Shown here one piece after another: positions 30,201 to 38,894 of a stretch of 64,000 nucleotides of DNA (positions are counted from its first letter, which is position 1; each line of letters opens with the position of its first letter). The stretch spans positions 36,483 to 100,482 of IMG/VR virus record IMGVR_UViG_3300017971_007885. One strand, written 5' to 3'. Source of the stretch: a virus. Both the position numbers and the translations under genes were made by a program. The notes below the pieces were generated by a model. The model worked only from the letters and a program-made list of their open reading frames with translations, did not search any database and was not told the origin of the DNA.

Positions 30201-31274
30201 TCTTTGGGCGGTGGCTCTCAACATTGGCTTGAGGTTGCAGATGTAACCGTGGCCCTGCTCAGTAGTGACACACCATCTGTTACGATCGGTGATGAACAAT
30301 CCGCCGCACAGGGGAAACTACTCAGGTTTGATCATCGTGGTTGGGCGCAAGTTGCGGTACACGATGAAGCAATTAGAGCACTTGAAACGTGGGGAGCCTA
30401 TTTGTACTATATTGCAGACACGAGCGTTATCCGGTACCGTGTCATTTCCGGGACGCAAGATTTCATCACAGGAACCGCATCGTATTACGATCTTCGTGCT
30501 TATGCCGGATCTCTTTGGTTAGCATCGGATGCAGGAAAAATCTTTTATTCCGACGATGATGGAAATGTGACAGAAAGCACAGATCAAGGATCACAAGTAT
30601 GGCAAACGATGGAAGTCTATAAGCGAAATCTGTACGTTGGGGCTGATACAGGAGCGGTTGCAGTATACAACCCTATTGATGGTTGGTCAATCTCGACCAC
30701 ATTGGCGGGTGAGGTTCGCAAGCTAAAAACCTGGAACGGCAAATTGTACGCCAGTGTTGATCAAAATGGGGTGTATTCGTTTGATGGTCAATCCTGGACC
30801 AACGTATTATCATATGATGTGCTTTATGGAGAAATGGGGGGCTTGGAAGTATACGACGATCTTTTGTTTGTCGGGACCGGTAATAATGGAGGGGATGCTT
30901 ATGTTATTTACACGGAAGATGGAATAAACTGGACAGAAAATATATTCCCGGCCTCTAGTGTGACTATGGCCATGGAACCATTTGATGGGCGGCTTTTTAT
31001 CGGGTTTGGGTTTTTGTTTGGGGCTGATGAGTGGGCTTCAGAATGGCTTATTTGGCATACACGGGCCGTGCCAAAACTATACTTGGCAGAGCATACCGGG
31101 GGGCCGTTCACTTTGTACCCAGATCGGATCAACCGATATTATCAAATGATGGAAGTGCTTAACACGGACGTGGCACCAGAATATCCAGAATGCTATTTGG
31201 AACGAGACAAAGGACCGCAAACCCATATTGGCGTGTCTTTTATTCCCCGTTGGCATGTGTTGCGAGAGGACTAA
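27240..31274 (+). CDS. Distal tail/tail tip protein with CBM and beta-propeller modules
   Basis: Follows tape measure; NPSFE CBM start; xxLYxG propeller repeats. Confidence 0.65.
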   Translation: MPSNPYSGMPKMCLLCTTAPNGRPIDLLNARGICITNPPGWTPQITTLKGGGVRVGSQTLDDDWLVAGAYGAVGEAFPVRINAADTAARVQELLMRLQEAAQYWIDGWQRDAVYLKVQLTEDHGVKYSRIKTGSYRIGNYAFGDRTGLPNNVLVLEREPYWNGAPPNEMLGPFANWCPNPSFEYWSDDGIVDAFPTGWYGWLDSGLLPPTLELRREDQQIAGPDYALDINFAAALGAGDYRLTGRMNWPGSPEQATLRFWLFLTLTAATHTFSVRVINNKTGAAVATASFTSDYQGYYYLPVDAPFIDDGTYSVELRWQFVNSFVPSRSVIDHICFTPGIYDEDSWPSESFYLTCSNIWNWEDDEMHYGHKRGVGEDVQHPINFLDVSGVPGSAPAIMELNVSHLGAKYGDDKNYPIINYVMGSQVHEAGKRSKDEYHISMNGDGPGYTGTTEKNFSSESYINARLTTTYSAIYCWRADALAETSLYTGRFKVFGRMRWVPTAEGVSTTLQLEHWIGSQVGLLQQDEVILEPSDQYRMVNLTPRSVVDWSIQADTPAALGLRLNGKTEEEAGNIVVDFLLFVPTDAGMTTITFDENTPWLVGQAISIDGNPNHQPISVTSPFFPWVRESSMLLVAEGLDSWLCTDAEAFTGSLYVSTYNVDVTYDYQIWIPIKWRSTFAATKYPVDIVNNGWDTATLIGAAKMLASGNDLRVFDNGVEIDRWLQDINTATTQVWANLDFDPKGEAALATAIAAGGFVSTITVSNPTTDFPNSGILLIDSEAFEYTSKNDTTMTFGGVTRAIRGTTSALHNVGAAVWWIQHDLWIKYGNAAAAAPTVDDDYKPAFRLDSTNVSWDYDDFGEDDELRAAQWFYEAPLPGYTYPCTKYTANHGGTADPWQEMGITWDADATASGRWWLYNPCGISSVNYQNGEHYRTLAIPTEQLTSSMTGVEPWTLEYTIPTPGAGAWVAWSRNETMTANTKYVGIEVYSLGGGSQHWLEVADVTVALLSSDTPSVTIGDEQSAAQGKLLRFDHRGWAQVAVHDEAIRALETWGAYLYYIADTSVIRYRVISGTQDFITGTASYYDLRAYAGSLWLASDAGKIFYSDDDGNVTESTDQGSQVWQTMEVYKRNLYVGADTGAVAVYNPIDGWSISTTLAGEVRKLKTWNGKLYASVDQNGVYSFDGQSWTNVLSYDVLYGEMGGLEVYDDLLFVGTGNNGGDAYVIYTEDGINWTENIFPASSVTMAMEPFDGRLFIGFGFLFGADEWASEWLIWHTRAVPKLYLAEHTGGPFTLYPDRINRYYQMMEVLNTDVAPEYPECYLERDKGPQTHIGVSFIPRWHVLRED

Positions 31275-31277
31275 TCA

Positions 31278-32372
31278 ATGCTATGGCATAAAGTCTTTAC
31301 TCCAGTGCTCACCGGTCAAACGATCTTGGAGAACGTAACACATCGGGTGGGGGATAGCTGGAGTCAAAACATAACAAACCAAGATGGGTTTCAACGAGCG
31401 TCTTGCACACTCTCTGGGGACCGGGACTATTTGCGTAATTGGTTTGAAATGGGGCTTGGTCGCCATTGGCGCTATGAATCAAACAGTGGTGATACCATCT
31501 GGGAAGGTATGGTGTGGGCGCTCCGACTGGTAGACGATGGATGGAGCCAGAGCAGATCACTTGACTCTTTTTCAAACAGAATCAGGGGCGTTTACGACTC
31601 TCGTGCAACCGGAGAACGTTTACATGTGCCATCATCGTCCACTTGGGAAGAGGACACGGACAGTCAAGCACAATTCGGAATCAAAGAGAACATCTTGACC
31701 GTTGGGGAAACAAATGCAACGACTGCGATCGGATATGTCGATCTCGAAATAGCCAAACGGGCATGGCCAGGGCGAAGTAAGGCCAAAACGGAAACAAAAG
31801 GTACAAGTTTGGCTGTAGAATTGCGCGGTTATATGGACACGCTTGGTTGGCGCATCTATAACGACACAACGAGCGGCTTAGAAGACTGTAGCGTGATGGT
31901 GGATCGAATCGTTTCCGCCGTGGGTCAGTATGTAAACTCGACCTACACAATAGACAACACCTTCCAATATCCGGCATATCACAACCGGGACAGGTACGCA
32001 TTATCAATCTTGCGGGACATCATTAGCTTGGGTGATGGTACCGATCCCTGGACTGTGGGCATGTATGAAGATCGACAACTCAGATATGAACCAGTTGAAA
32101 CCGAAATTAACATGTATTGGCACGAAGGCGAACCAACCCCGGTGCGGCTGGATGGATCTCGGGTCGATCCGTGGCAAATCAGACCAAACGATGTGATCAA
32201 GTCCGCTTGGCTACTGCCAGGCTACATCTTTGACGATGATCCGCAACGGGATCCGATGACCTTGATCGTGCAAGAAATTCGTTTCAAAGCACCCTACAGC
32301 ATTTCTATTGTGGGAACAGACGATCTACAGATCGAAATTCTATTAAATCGCATCCAGAAAACAAGGTGGTAG
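31278..32372 (+). CDS. Tail hub/Tal-like protein
   Basis: Position; DTDSQAQFGIKE motif. Confidence 0.6.
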   Translation: MLWHKVFTPVLTGQTILENVTHRVGDSWSQNITNQDGFQRASCTLSGDRDYLRNWFEMGLGRHWRYESNSGDTIWEGMVWALRLVDDGWSQSRSLDSFSNRIRGVYDSRATGERLHVPSSSTWEEDTDSQAQFGIKENILTVGETNATTAIGYVDLEIAKRAWPGRSKAKTETKGTSLAVELRGYMDTLGWRIYNDTTSGLEDCSVMVDRIVSAVGQYVNSTYTIDNTFQYPAYHNRDRYALSILRDIISLGDGTDPWTVGMYEDRQLRYEPVETEINMYWHEGEPTPVRLDGSRVDPWQIRPNDVIKSAWLLPGYIFDDDPQRDPMTLIVQEIRFKAPYSISIVGTDDLQIEILLNRIQKTRW

Positions 32373-32384
32373 GAAGGATTATCA

Positions 32385-34181
32385 ATGCCAGAGCCCAGAG
32401 ATGATCAATTGGTCGAACGCCTTGTGCCAGATTTTGTGACTCGGGATGAGGGAGTGCCGATCTGGAAGATGCTAGAGCTAGGCGCTTTTTTCGACGCGGA
32501 CGATCTGCTTATGGTTATGCATTTTGACGATCATAGGTTGCTGGACGTGGCCGGGACGCCTGGAAACTATTTTATAGGCACGCGAGGGGAACGGGCTCTA
32601 AATGGACCGGCCAATGCATCGGCTTCTTCTCGTGGAGCAATGACATTGGTACCCTCTCAATGGAAGTATCATCCCGCCATTCAAGTCTTGGATGGTATCA
32701 CCAATGAGTATACCAACCCGAGTTTTGAACTCAACACAACCAATGCAGCCGCTGTTAGCGCCGCAATTGCGATCACGCTTGATGAGGCCCGTTATGGTGC
32801 TAAATCACTTGAGATCACAACCAATAACGCCATTGCAAACGAAGGATGGTCAACGAACCAGATCACACTTGCGGCAAATCAAACCCATACCGCCGCTTTC
32901 TGGTTCCGTGGCACGGCGGGCTATTCGTATATCGCAAATCTGACAGAATTCACGGGTGCGGCGGTTTACGTGGATACAGTCCAGGTTTCCTTTACAGGAA
33001 CAGGCCGGTGGCAACGGGTATCTGTATCAAATGCATTTGGAGCAACGGGCGGACTTGGGCAATTATTTGTTCGTACAGCGGCGCAACGATCTGAAGTATT
33101 TTACTGTGATGGCGTGGATGTGTTTCAGAACATGGCCTATGACATCCACCACGTTGACGGCGATATGGGGGACGGTTACTCTTGGACCGGTGTCCCGCAT
33201 GGCTCAACGTCTACGCGGGTTGCAAGTGAAGTTGATCTTTCGGCTTACGTCAATGCATTATCAATAGACACGTTGACGATCAGCACGCGGGTGCAGATGC
33301 CCTACGCAAGCACAGCGTCTTGGCCTCATGGGGCGGTAAACTATGTATTCGATATTCGTGGCGCGAACAATAACAACCGTATCTATATCGTTTGGGCGGA
33401 TGCTGGTAAATTCATCGTCTATATCAATGGCGTAAATCGTATCACCGATGCCCTTGCAACATTCGATGCGGGCGAAACAATACACCTTATCTTGACCTGT
33501 GATTTTGCAAGCGATGAGTACAAGCTGTATATGAACGGGGTGCTTATAGGCGAGGACGATACAGCACTGTCAACACCAAGCCTCACCACATATTGGAAGT
33601 TGGGCGCAAGATTCGGTGGAACGCGCCAATCTGGAATGATGTTTGCTGAACACGTTGTTTTGAATCGGATATTGACAGAAACGGAAATCAGGCAATGGTG
33701 GGCACTAAGACGACCAGTGATTGACGCGCAAGCCGTTGACAAGCAATTGCCTTGTGGGATCGATGTATTCAGGTCAACGGTGCAAAACATTCCTTCTGCG
33801 GCTTGGACAACATTACAACTTGACACATTGCGCTACAATGAGCACATGGTGTTCGATACGGCCAACTATCGCGTCTATGTCACACAACCAGGTTGGTACA
33901 ATCTCAGTGTGGGTGTGCGATGGGCCAACGCCGGTGGGAACTATCGGGCACTGCGGATCACGGTGAATGGGTCGATCATCGTTGAACAGTTTATTCCACC
34001 CGTTCTTACGACAGTGACCATTTTATCAGCGGCGACGACATGGTATCTCATTCCAGGTGACTATATCGAATTGCAAGCCATCCAGGATTCAGGTGCCGGG
34101 TTGAATATCGATTATGGTGCCAACTATTCGCCTTTCCTACGTGTTATCAAAATTCGCAATGTTTTCCCGGAGGTATACTAA
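32385..34181 (+). CDS. Receptor-binding tail protein (CBM, LamG-like, C1q/TNF-like C-terminus)
   Basis: TNPSFE; LYMNGVLIG...LNRILTETEI; VTQPGWYNL...GDYIEL. Confidence 0.65.
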   Translation: MPEPRDDQLVERLVPDFVTRDEGVPIWKMLELGAFFDADDLLMVMHFDDHRLLDVAGTPGNYFIGTRGERALNGPANASASSRGAMTLVPSQWKYHPAIQVLDGITNEYTNPSFELNTTNAAAVSAAIAITLDEARYGAKSLEITTNNAIANEGWSTNQITLAANQTHTAAFWFRGTAGYSYIANLTEFTGAAVYVDTVQVSFTGTGRWQRVSVSNAFGATGGLGQLFVRTAAQRSEVFYCDGVDVFQNMAYDIHHVDGDMGDGYSWTGVPHGSTSTRVASEVDLSAYVNALSIDTLTISTRVQMPYASTASWPHGAVNYVFDIRGANNNNRIYIVWADAGKFIVYINGVNRITDALATFDAGETIHLILTCDFASDEYKLYMNGVLIGEDDTALSTPSLTTYWKLGARFGGTRQSGMMFAEHVVLNRILTETEIRQWWALRRPVIDAQAVDKQLPCGIDVFRSTVQNIPSAAWTTLQLDTLRYNEHMVFDTANYRVYVTQPGWYNLSVGVRWANAGGNYRALRITVNGSIIVEQFIPPVLTTVTILSAATTWYLIPGDYIELQAIQDSGAGLNIDYGANYSPFLRVIKIRNVFPEVY

Positions 34182-34708
34182 TGGCTATTAGAGAATGGTT
34201 GATCGATCAAAAGTTATATGCAGCAGGGGCACATGAATTACTGAACTCGTTTGTGGGATACGCGGAATTTGCCTTAGCTGATATTATGGCTTGGTTCCAG
34301 GGCTCATTACGCCAACCGGCTCTACAGGCCCGCAAGATAAGCGCCTGGGATCTGTCTGCATTTACTCGGCACTTGCAATTGGCGGGCTTACTCGTTTTTT
34401 CCCCCACTGATACCGAGTATGATCCATCTGTGTTGGCATATGTCCCCAACCCAGTGCCGCCCATGATTATCAATGCGTGGGCAACGACAGGAGCAACATC
34501 ATGTGAGTACATTCCCAGTGCCAACACGTATCAATTGTACTCATCGTTGGATCGTGTCACGTGGACAGATCGGGGTACCGGAATTGTACGGGTAGATGAA
34601 TCAGGTGTGGATTTTGCCTATGCAGGCGCGATCGGGGAATTCCTGTGGTTCACAACACGATACGGGGATTACAATTCATTCCCGCTAGAACTGGAGGTTC
34701 TGTCATGA
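34181..34708 (+). CDS. Hypothetical virion protein
   Basis: Translationally coupled at both ends. Confidence 0.5.
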   Translation: MAIREWLIDQKLYAAGAHELLNSFVGYAEFALADIMAWFQGSLRQPALQARKISAWDLSAFTRHLQLAGLLVFSPTDTEYDPSVLAYVPNPVPPMIINAWATTGATSCEYIPSANTYQLYSSLDRVTWTDRGTGIVRVDESGVDFAYAGAIGEFLWFTTRYGDYNSFPLELEVLS

Positions 34709-35994
34709 ATGTAAGAGCGTTACTAAGTCAATCTTATTCCAACCGCACATTGTCCAATATCCAGGAAACGATCAACAAGGCCAAGACCATGGGCGCTAGT
34801 GCTATCTGGGTGAACGTTCACGAGGGCGGGGCGCATTACAATAGCGCGTACTTTGGCAGATGCAGCAAAATAGAAGCCGGACTTGATCCGTTGGGGAAAA
34901 TGATCGAATTGGCCCATGCTGAAGAGATCGAGGTTTACCCATGGTTGACGCCAGGATATGACATTTATCAAGTCGATCCAAGCACCCGCATTTGGCTTTC
35001 CGATGTGCAACGGTCATGGACCTATTTTGCATTGCCGGCCGCAAAGACAGCACAGCAAGCATTGTTGGATGACATTGCCGGGAAATATGCGATAGATGGC
35101 TTTTTGCTTGATTACATCCGATATCCAAAGACGCAAGATTCTCGGGCAAACAAAGATGATGTGAGCGCCATTGTAGAAGCATCGTATGCAAAAGCCCAAA
35201 CGCTGGATCTGCCATTGTACGCCACGGTGGCCAGCAATGTACCCGACAACGGGCGTTACATGTATCAACATTGGGATGAGTGGCTTGATGGTGAATACAT
35301 CGATCTTGTGTTCCCGATGATCTATTATGATGTGCACGATGCGTTCAAATTGTCATGGGATACCGGCAAATGGCCGCATGATGACATTGCCAGAATTGGC
35401 ATCTGTCTTGCTCCGGTCAATGTCCAAACGGACTATTCGCCAAAACCAAAGTGGTATATGGGCGATGAGATGGAGATCGTCCGTTCGCTTGGCTCACAAC
35501 ATTTTGCAGTATTTGATAGCCGCCTCATGACCTACGATCATGCAGACAAGATTTCCCGCATGACGATGGGCCGCACAAACCAACTCCGGGCCGTGTCGTT
35601 CCACCATGGATACCGGGAAACGGCGATCGTGGTTGAGAAGGACAACGAATCCACTCTACTCAGGTATGAAACCGATCCTTGGGGCGCATGGCAGGGCATT
35701 GCTAACAAAACGGATGAGCAGGTACAGGCAATGCTTCCGATCGGGGTTTGGTGCCACAAGCACAATGATGGTGTGTGGTCGCTTCACATCAGTGACGATG
35801 AGCCAACATGGGAGGACGTTACGCACCCACAGGACGGTGAAGAGATCCAGGCCACGGCAGACACGCCAGATTTGCCCGATCCCGGACCACAACCGGACTG
35901 GGAAACACTGCGAAAGCTGGAACATGAAAGTGCCGATCTACTTGAGCAGTTGGCGCAAAATCGACGCGATATTGCTGAAGAATACAACGTGTAG
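34705..35994 (+). CDS. GHL10/DUF187 glycoside hydrolase, candidate endolysin
   Basis: DPLGKMIELAH...IEVYPW...IDGFLLDYIRYP...WDEWL...PMIY (DigH/YddW-type family). Confidence 0.75.
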   Translation: MNVRALLSQSYSNRTLSNIQETINKAKTMGASAIWVNVHEGGAHYNSAYFGRCSKIEAGLDPLGKMIELAHAEEIEVYPWLTPGYDIYQVDPSTRIWLSDVQRSWTYFALPAAKTAQQALLDDIAGKYAIDGFLLDYIRYPKTQDSRANKDDVSAIVEASYAKAQTLDLPLYATVASNVPDNGRYMYQHWDEWLDGEYIDLVFPMIYYDVHDAFKLSWDTGKWPHDDIARIGICLAPVNVQTDYSPKPKWYMGDEMEIVRSLGSQHFAVFDSRLMTYDHADKISRMTMGRTNQLRAVSFHHGYRETAIVVEKDNESTLLRYETDPWGAWQGIANKTDEQVQAMLPIGVWCHKHNDGVWSLHISDDEPTWEDVTHPQDGEEIQATADTPDLPDPGPQPDWETLRKLEHESADLLEQLAQNRRDIAEEYNV

Positions 35995-36003
35995 AGTATT
36001 ATC

Positions 36004-36498
36004 ATGCCTTTTTCAGAGATCAAGATACTAATTGCAGAAGACGATCTAGCATTGGCCAATCTGTGGGAACGGATTTGTACCGAAATAGGTTTTCAGGTCA
36101 CTAAAGCCATAACCGTTCGAGAAGCACTTGAACACGTGGGTACGGCTCACATTTTATTGGCCGATCTGATGCTTGCCGATGGACGTGCGGATTTGCTGAT
36201 TTCTAATTGGGTTGAGCACAATGGCGGCCCGCTTGTTTGCGTTTCTGGTGTTTTGTCTGAATCCGAGATCTGGGATTTCATCTTGCAGGGAGCATATAAT
36301 GCTTTTGCAAAAACCGATTTTACAAATGAGATGGTACGGACCTTGGTCGTGCGATATGCAAAGTGGGTCATGCTGAAGGTGAGGCTAGATGCACTAGAAA
36401 ACCAAATTAAGCTACAACGTTATGCGATCGGCGGATTGACGGCTTTGGTCTTGGGAAAAGAGCTATGGAGTTTTATAGCCCCCCTGTTCTTTCCATAA
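36004..36498 (+). CDS. Receiver (REC) domain protein with coiled coil and C-terminal hydrophobic segment
   Basis: ILIAEDD, LLADLML (phospho-Asp), VSG, FAK. Confidence 0.75.
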   Translation: MPFSEIKILIAEDDLALANLWERICTEIGFQVTKAITVREALEHVGTAHILLADLMLADGRADLLISNWVEHNGGPLVCVSGVLSESEIWDFILQGAYNAFAKTDFTNEMVRTLVVRYAKWVMLKVRLDALENQIKLQRYAIGGLTALVLGKELWSFIAPLFFP

Positions 36499-36513
36499 AA
36501 AGGTATCAGACAA

Positions 36514-36542
36514 GAGGCGATCTTTTAGATCGTCTTTTTTTG
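36514..36542 (+). terminator. Late-operon terminator
   Basis: GAGGCGATC-TTTTA-GATCGTCTT followed by a T-run. Confidence 0.7.
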
Positions 36543-36565
36543 TGCGTACGTGGTGACACAAGATG

Positions 36566-36594
36566 TTGACAGGTCGTGTCATCTGTGATAGAAT
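36566..36594 (+). promoter_or_regulatory. Near-consensus sigma70 promoter for the FtsK operon
   Basis: TTGACA-N17-TAGAAT; TGACAC/GTGTCA inverted half-sites overlap it. Confidence 0.8.
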
Positions 36595-36610
36595 GGTTAC
36601 AGGAGAAAAC

Positions 36611-36949
36611 ATGCCAGGAAAACAGGTCAGAATTGACGCAAATTTGCTTGCCAAGCTTCAGTGTGAAGCGGATCGTCACAACCTAACTATCAGTAAGTAT
36701 ATCGAACAACTAATCAAAGAATCGCAAGCATACAAAAGCCTTTTGATTGACGTGGGTTTTGACTTGCGGCCAGATCAAGGCCGCTTGGTGGGCCTATCAA
36801 TGGAAGCGTGGGCACGATTGAACAGCTTTCGAGCAGATTACATCAAAGCGCAACCCACATGTACAGGAGATATTAGCAGTGTAGTGTTGCATCTACTAGA
36901 AGGGGCCGATCATGAATCAGATCGGAGCGTGGCTAAATGCCCTGTATAG
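36611..36949 (+). CDS. Ribbon-helix-helix-like regulator
   Basis: KQVRIDANLLAKLQCEADRHNLTISKYIEQLI; SD AGGAG. Confidence 0.6.
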   Translation: MPGKQVRIDANLLAKLQCEADRHNLTISKYIEQLIKESQAYKSLLIDVGFDLRPDQGRLVGLSMEAWARLNSFRADYIKAQPTCTGDISSVVLHLLEGADHESDRSVAKCPV

Positions 36950-38204
36950 GGTATTGACGCTAGAGAAGGGTATCTTTTTCAATCTCGTAGGACGACAGCG
37001 GGGACTTCGGACCTACCTCATGCAGATTCACCTACCAAACACGGCAGATTTGCCCAAGGTGCTCAAGGCGCATGAATCTTTGGCCATGGCCATGGGTGTG
37101 GAGCATGTCCGGGTAGCTAGAAACAAGGCGCTTGTTGACATAGATGTGCCGCTTCCAGAGGATTCATGGCGCTCTGTGAAATTGAGCCAGATATTATCAA
37201 GCCAGGCGGAGCGGCTAACTCTTGGACACGATAGCGGCGGCCAGGTGGCCACGATAAGCCTACAGTCACCACTTTGCGCCAACGTTCTTTTTGCCGGAAT
37301 GCCAGGCAGTGGCAAGACTTTTTCAATGATTAGCCTGGTGTTCCAATGTGCCGTGATGTACGATCCACAGGATCTTCAGATCATCTTGATCGATCTGAAG
37401 AACGACAGGGCATGGAAACCGCTTCATATGTTGCCCCACTTGGCACATCCGCCCGTGAAGACTGAGCAGGAAGCCCGCCAGGTTCTGGAGTGGGTCCGGG
37501 ATCAACGGCTGGAGCGGATCCACTACAATGGCCAAAAACAGTTTCCACGGCTCCTTGTGGTGATCGATGAGATAGCTTCCTTGATCATGCGTGCCGGAAA
37601 GGAAGGTGCCCTTGCCAAGTTGATCGGTGAAAGCACCGGACAGGGCCGGGCACTGGGGATCAATCTATTTTTGGGCACTCAACAGCCCAACCAGAAAACC
37701 ATGGGAGCCTTCACTAATGCAGATATGCACGTGCGGATCGTGGGCCGGGTAACCAGTGCGGACTATGCCGCTCACGCTACAGGCCGCCCCCAAACTGGAG
37801 CGGAACACCTTTGTGGTAAAGGGGATATGTTGGCCTTCTTTGGAAACGAAATTCGGCATATCACAACACTGTACTTGGATCGGGACTCTCTGAAGCAATT
37901 GCCCAAGAAGATCGAACCCGAACCGCTTTTGCTTCCAGCTTTTACGGCAGATGCGCCGGAGCCAGGTGGCCGGGATACGGCAAAGATTTACAGCCCAGAA
38001 GTGATCAAAAAGACGGCATTGGCACTTTACTGGTTTTTTAAGTGGGGCAAACGGCCAACGGCCAATTCCCTACAATCAGAGTGCAAAGGTTCCATGACCA
38101 ATAGCCGGATCGCCAGAAATACGGCGCTTGACATTATCAAGCAATGGCCGGAGCCGGCTGAAGTCTTTGTGCGGAATCTTATGCAGGAAGGTAAAGCAAC
38201 ATGA
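36912..38204 (+). CDS. FtsK/SpoIIIE/TraB-family ATPase
   Basis: Walker A GMPGSGKT, LIDLK, Walker B VVIDE, GRALGINLFLGTQQP, GAEHLCGKGDML. Confidence 0.9.
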   Translation: MNQIGAWLNALYRVLTLEKGIFFNLVGRQRGLRTYLMQIHLPNTADLPKVLKAHESLAMAMGVEHVRVARNKALVDIDVPLPEDSWRSVKLSQILSSQAERLTLGHDSGGQVATISLQSPLCANVLFAGMPGSGKTFSMISLVFQCAVMYDPQDLQIILIDLKNDRAWKPLHMLPHLAHPPVKTEQEARQVLEWVRDQRLERIHYNGQKQFPRLLVVIDEIASLIMRAGKEGALAKLIGESTGQGRALGINLFLGTQQPNQKTMGAFTNADMHVRIVGRVTSADYAAHATGRPQTGAEHLCGKGDMLAFFGNEIRHITTLYLDRDSLKQLPKKIEPEPLLLPAFTADAPEPGGRDTAKIYSPEVIKKTALALYWFFKWGKRPTANSLQSECKGSMTNSRIARNTALDIIKQWPEPAEVFVRNLMQEGKAT

Positions 38205-38647
38205 AGAAATTGCGCTTTTTTGGCATTGTCCTATCACTTGCCTTGATCGGTGGATGCGTGGCGCTTGGGGGAGTTGTCGGCTTCGAGATCGTGAATAATC
38301 CCGAGATGCGCATGCTCTTGAAAGTGTTCGCTTACTTGGTGGTGGCTTTGGCCTTGATCGGGGCCGTGTGTGTGTTCCTCATGGGCGTGATCTTGGTCAT
38401 CGGCAAGGGCTTGGGGTTGAGCCAGGGGGATACAAAAGCGGCGCTCCAGGCGGCGATCGCCTTGGCCAGAAGTTCAAACACGATCAACAAGCTTTATGGA
38501 CGGCTCCCCCGTGGACTCTTGCCGCCAGGTCAAGCCCCGCCCAATTATTATCAATGGCCAGTGAGCACCATGGGTGATGGCCCGATCGATGGCCATGCCA
38601 CTCATGCCAACACAGAACGGGCCAATGCTGAAGCTTGGGAGCGGTAA
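38201..38647 (+). CDS. Two-TM membrane protein
   Basis: Two hydrophobic helices; ATGA-coupled to the FtsK gene. Confidence 0.7.
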   Translation: MKKLRFFGIVLSLALIGGCVALGGVVGFEIVNNPEMRMLLKVFAYLVVALALIGAVCVFLMGVILVIGKGLGLSQGDTKAALQAAIALARSSNTINKLYGRLPRGLLPPGQAPPNYYQWPVSTMGDGPIDGHATHANTERANAEAWER

Positions 38648-38649
38648 CC

Positions 38650-38859
38650 ATGGATGTTTGGGTAGGCCATGCAGGAAAGAAACAATGGACCATCCAAAGC
38701 CTGGAAGATCCGCCCCAAGTACCCGAATTATGGCAAAAGGTCACGATCCGTTTTTACCTTGACCACAAAGAGAAGCCTATACCGGGTTATGTGAGCCGGA
38801 TCATTGACCATGAATGGTTTGTGGTCCGGGCCGGGAAACGACAAAGGCCCACCCTTTGA
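38650..38859 (+). CDS. Hypothetical protein
   Basis: Last ORF before the terminator. Confidence 0.5.
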   Translation: MDVWVGHAGKKQWTIQSLEDPPQVPELWQKVTIRFYLDHKEKPIPGYVSRIIDHEWFVVRAGKRQRPTL

Positions 38860-38873
38860 CAGGTGGGCCTTTT
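38843..38873. terminator. Bidirectional terminator between convergent operons
   Basis: AAAGGCCCACC-CTTTGACA-GGTGGGCCTTTT. Confidence 0.8.
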
Positions 38874-38894
38874 GGCTGAAATGATGAGGTATTA

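Noticed and set aside
27240-34181. Diversity-generating retroelement acting on tail proteins
   Set aside because: No reverse transcriptase and no TR/VR repeat pair noticed in the window
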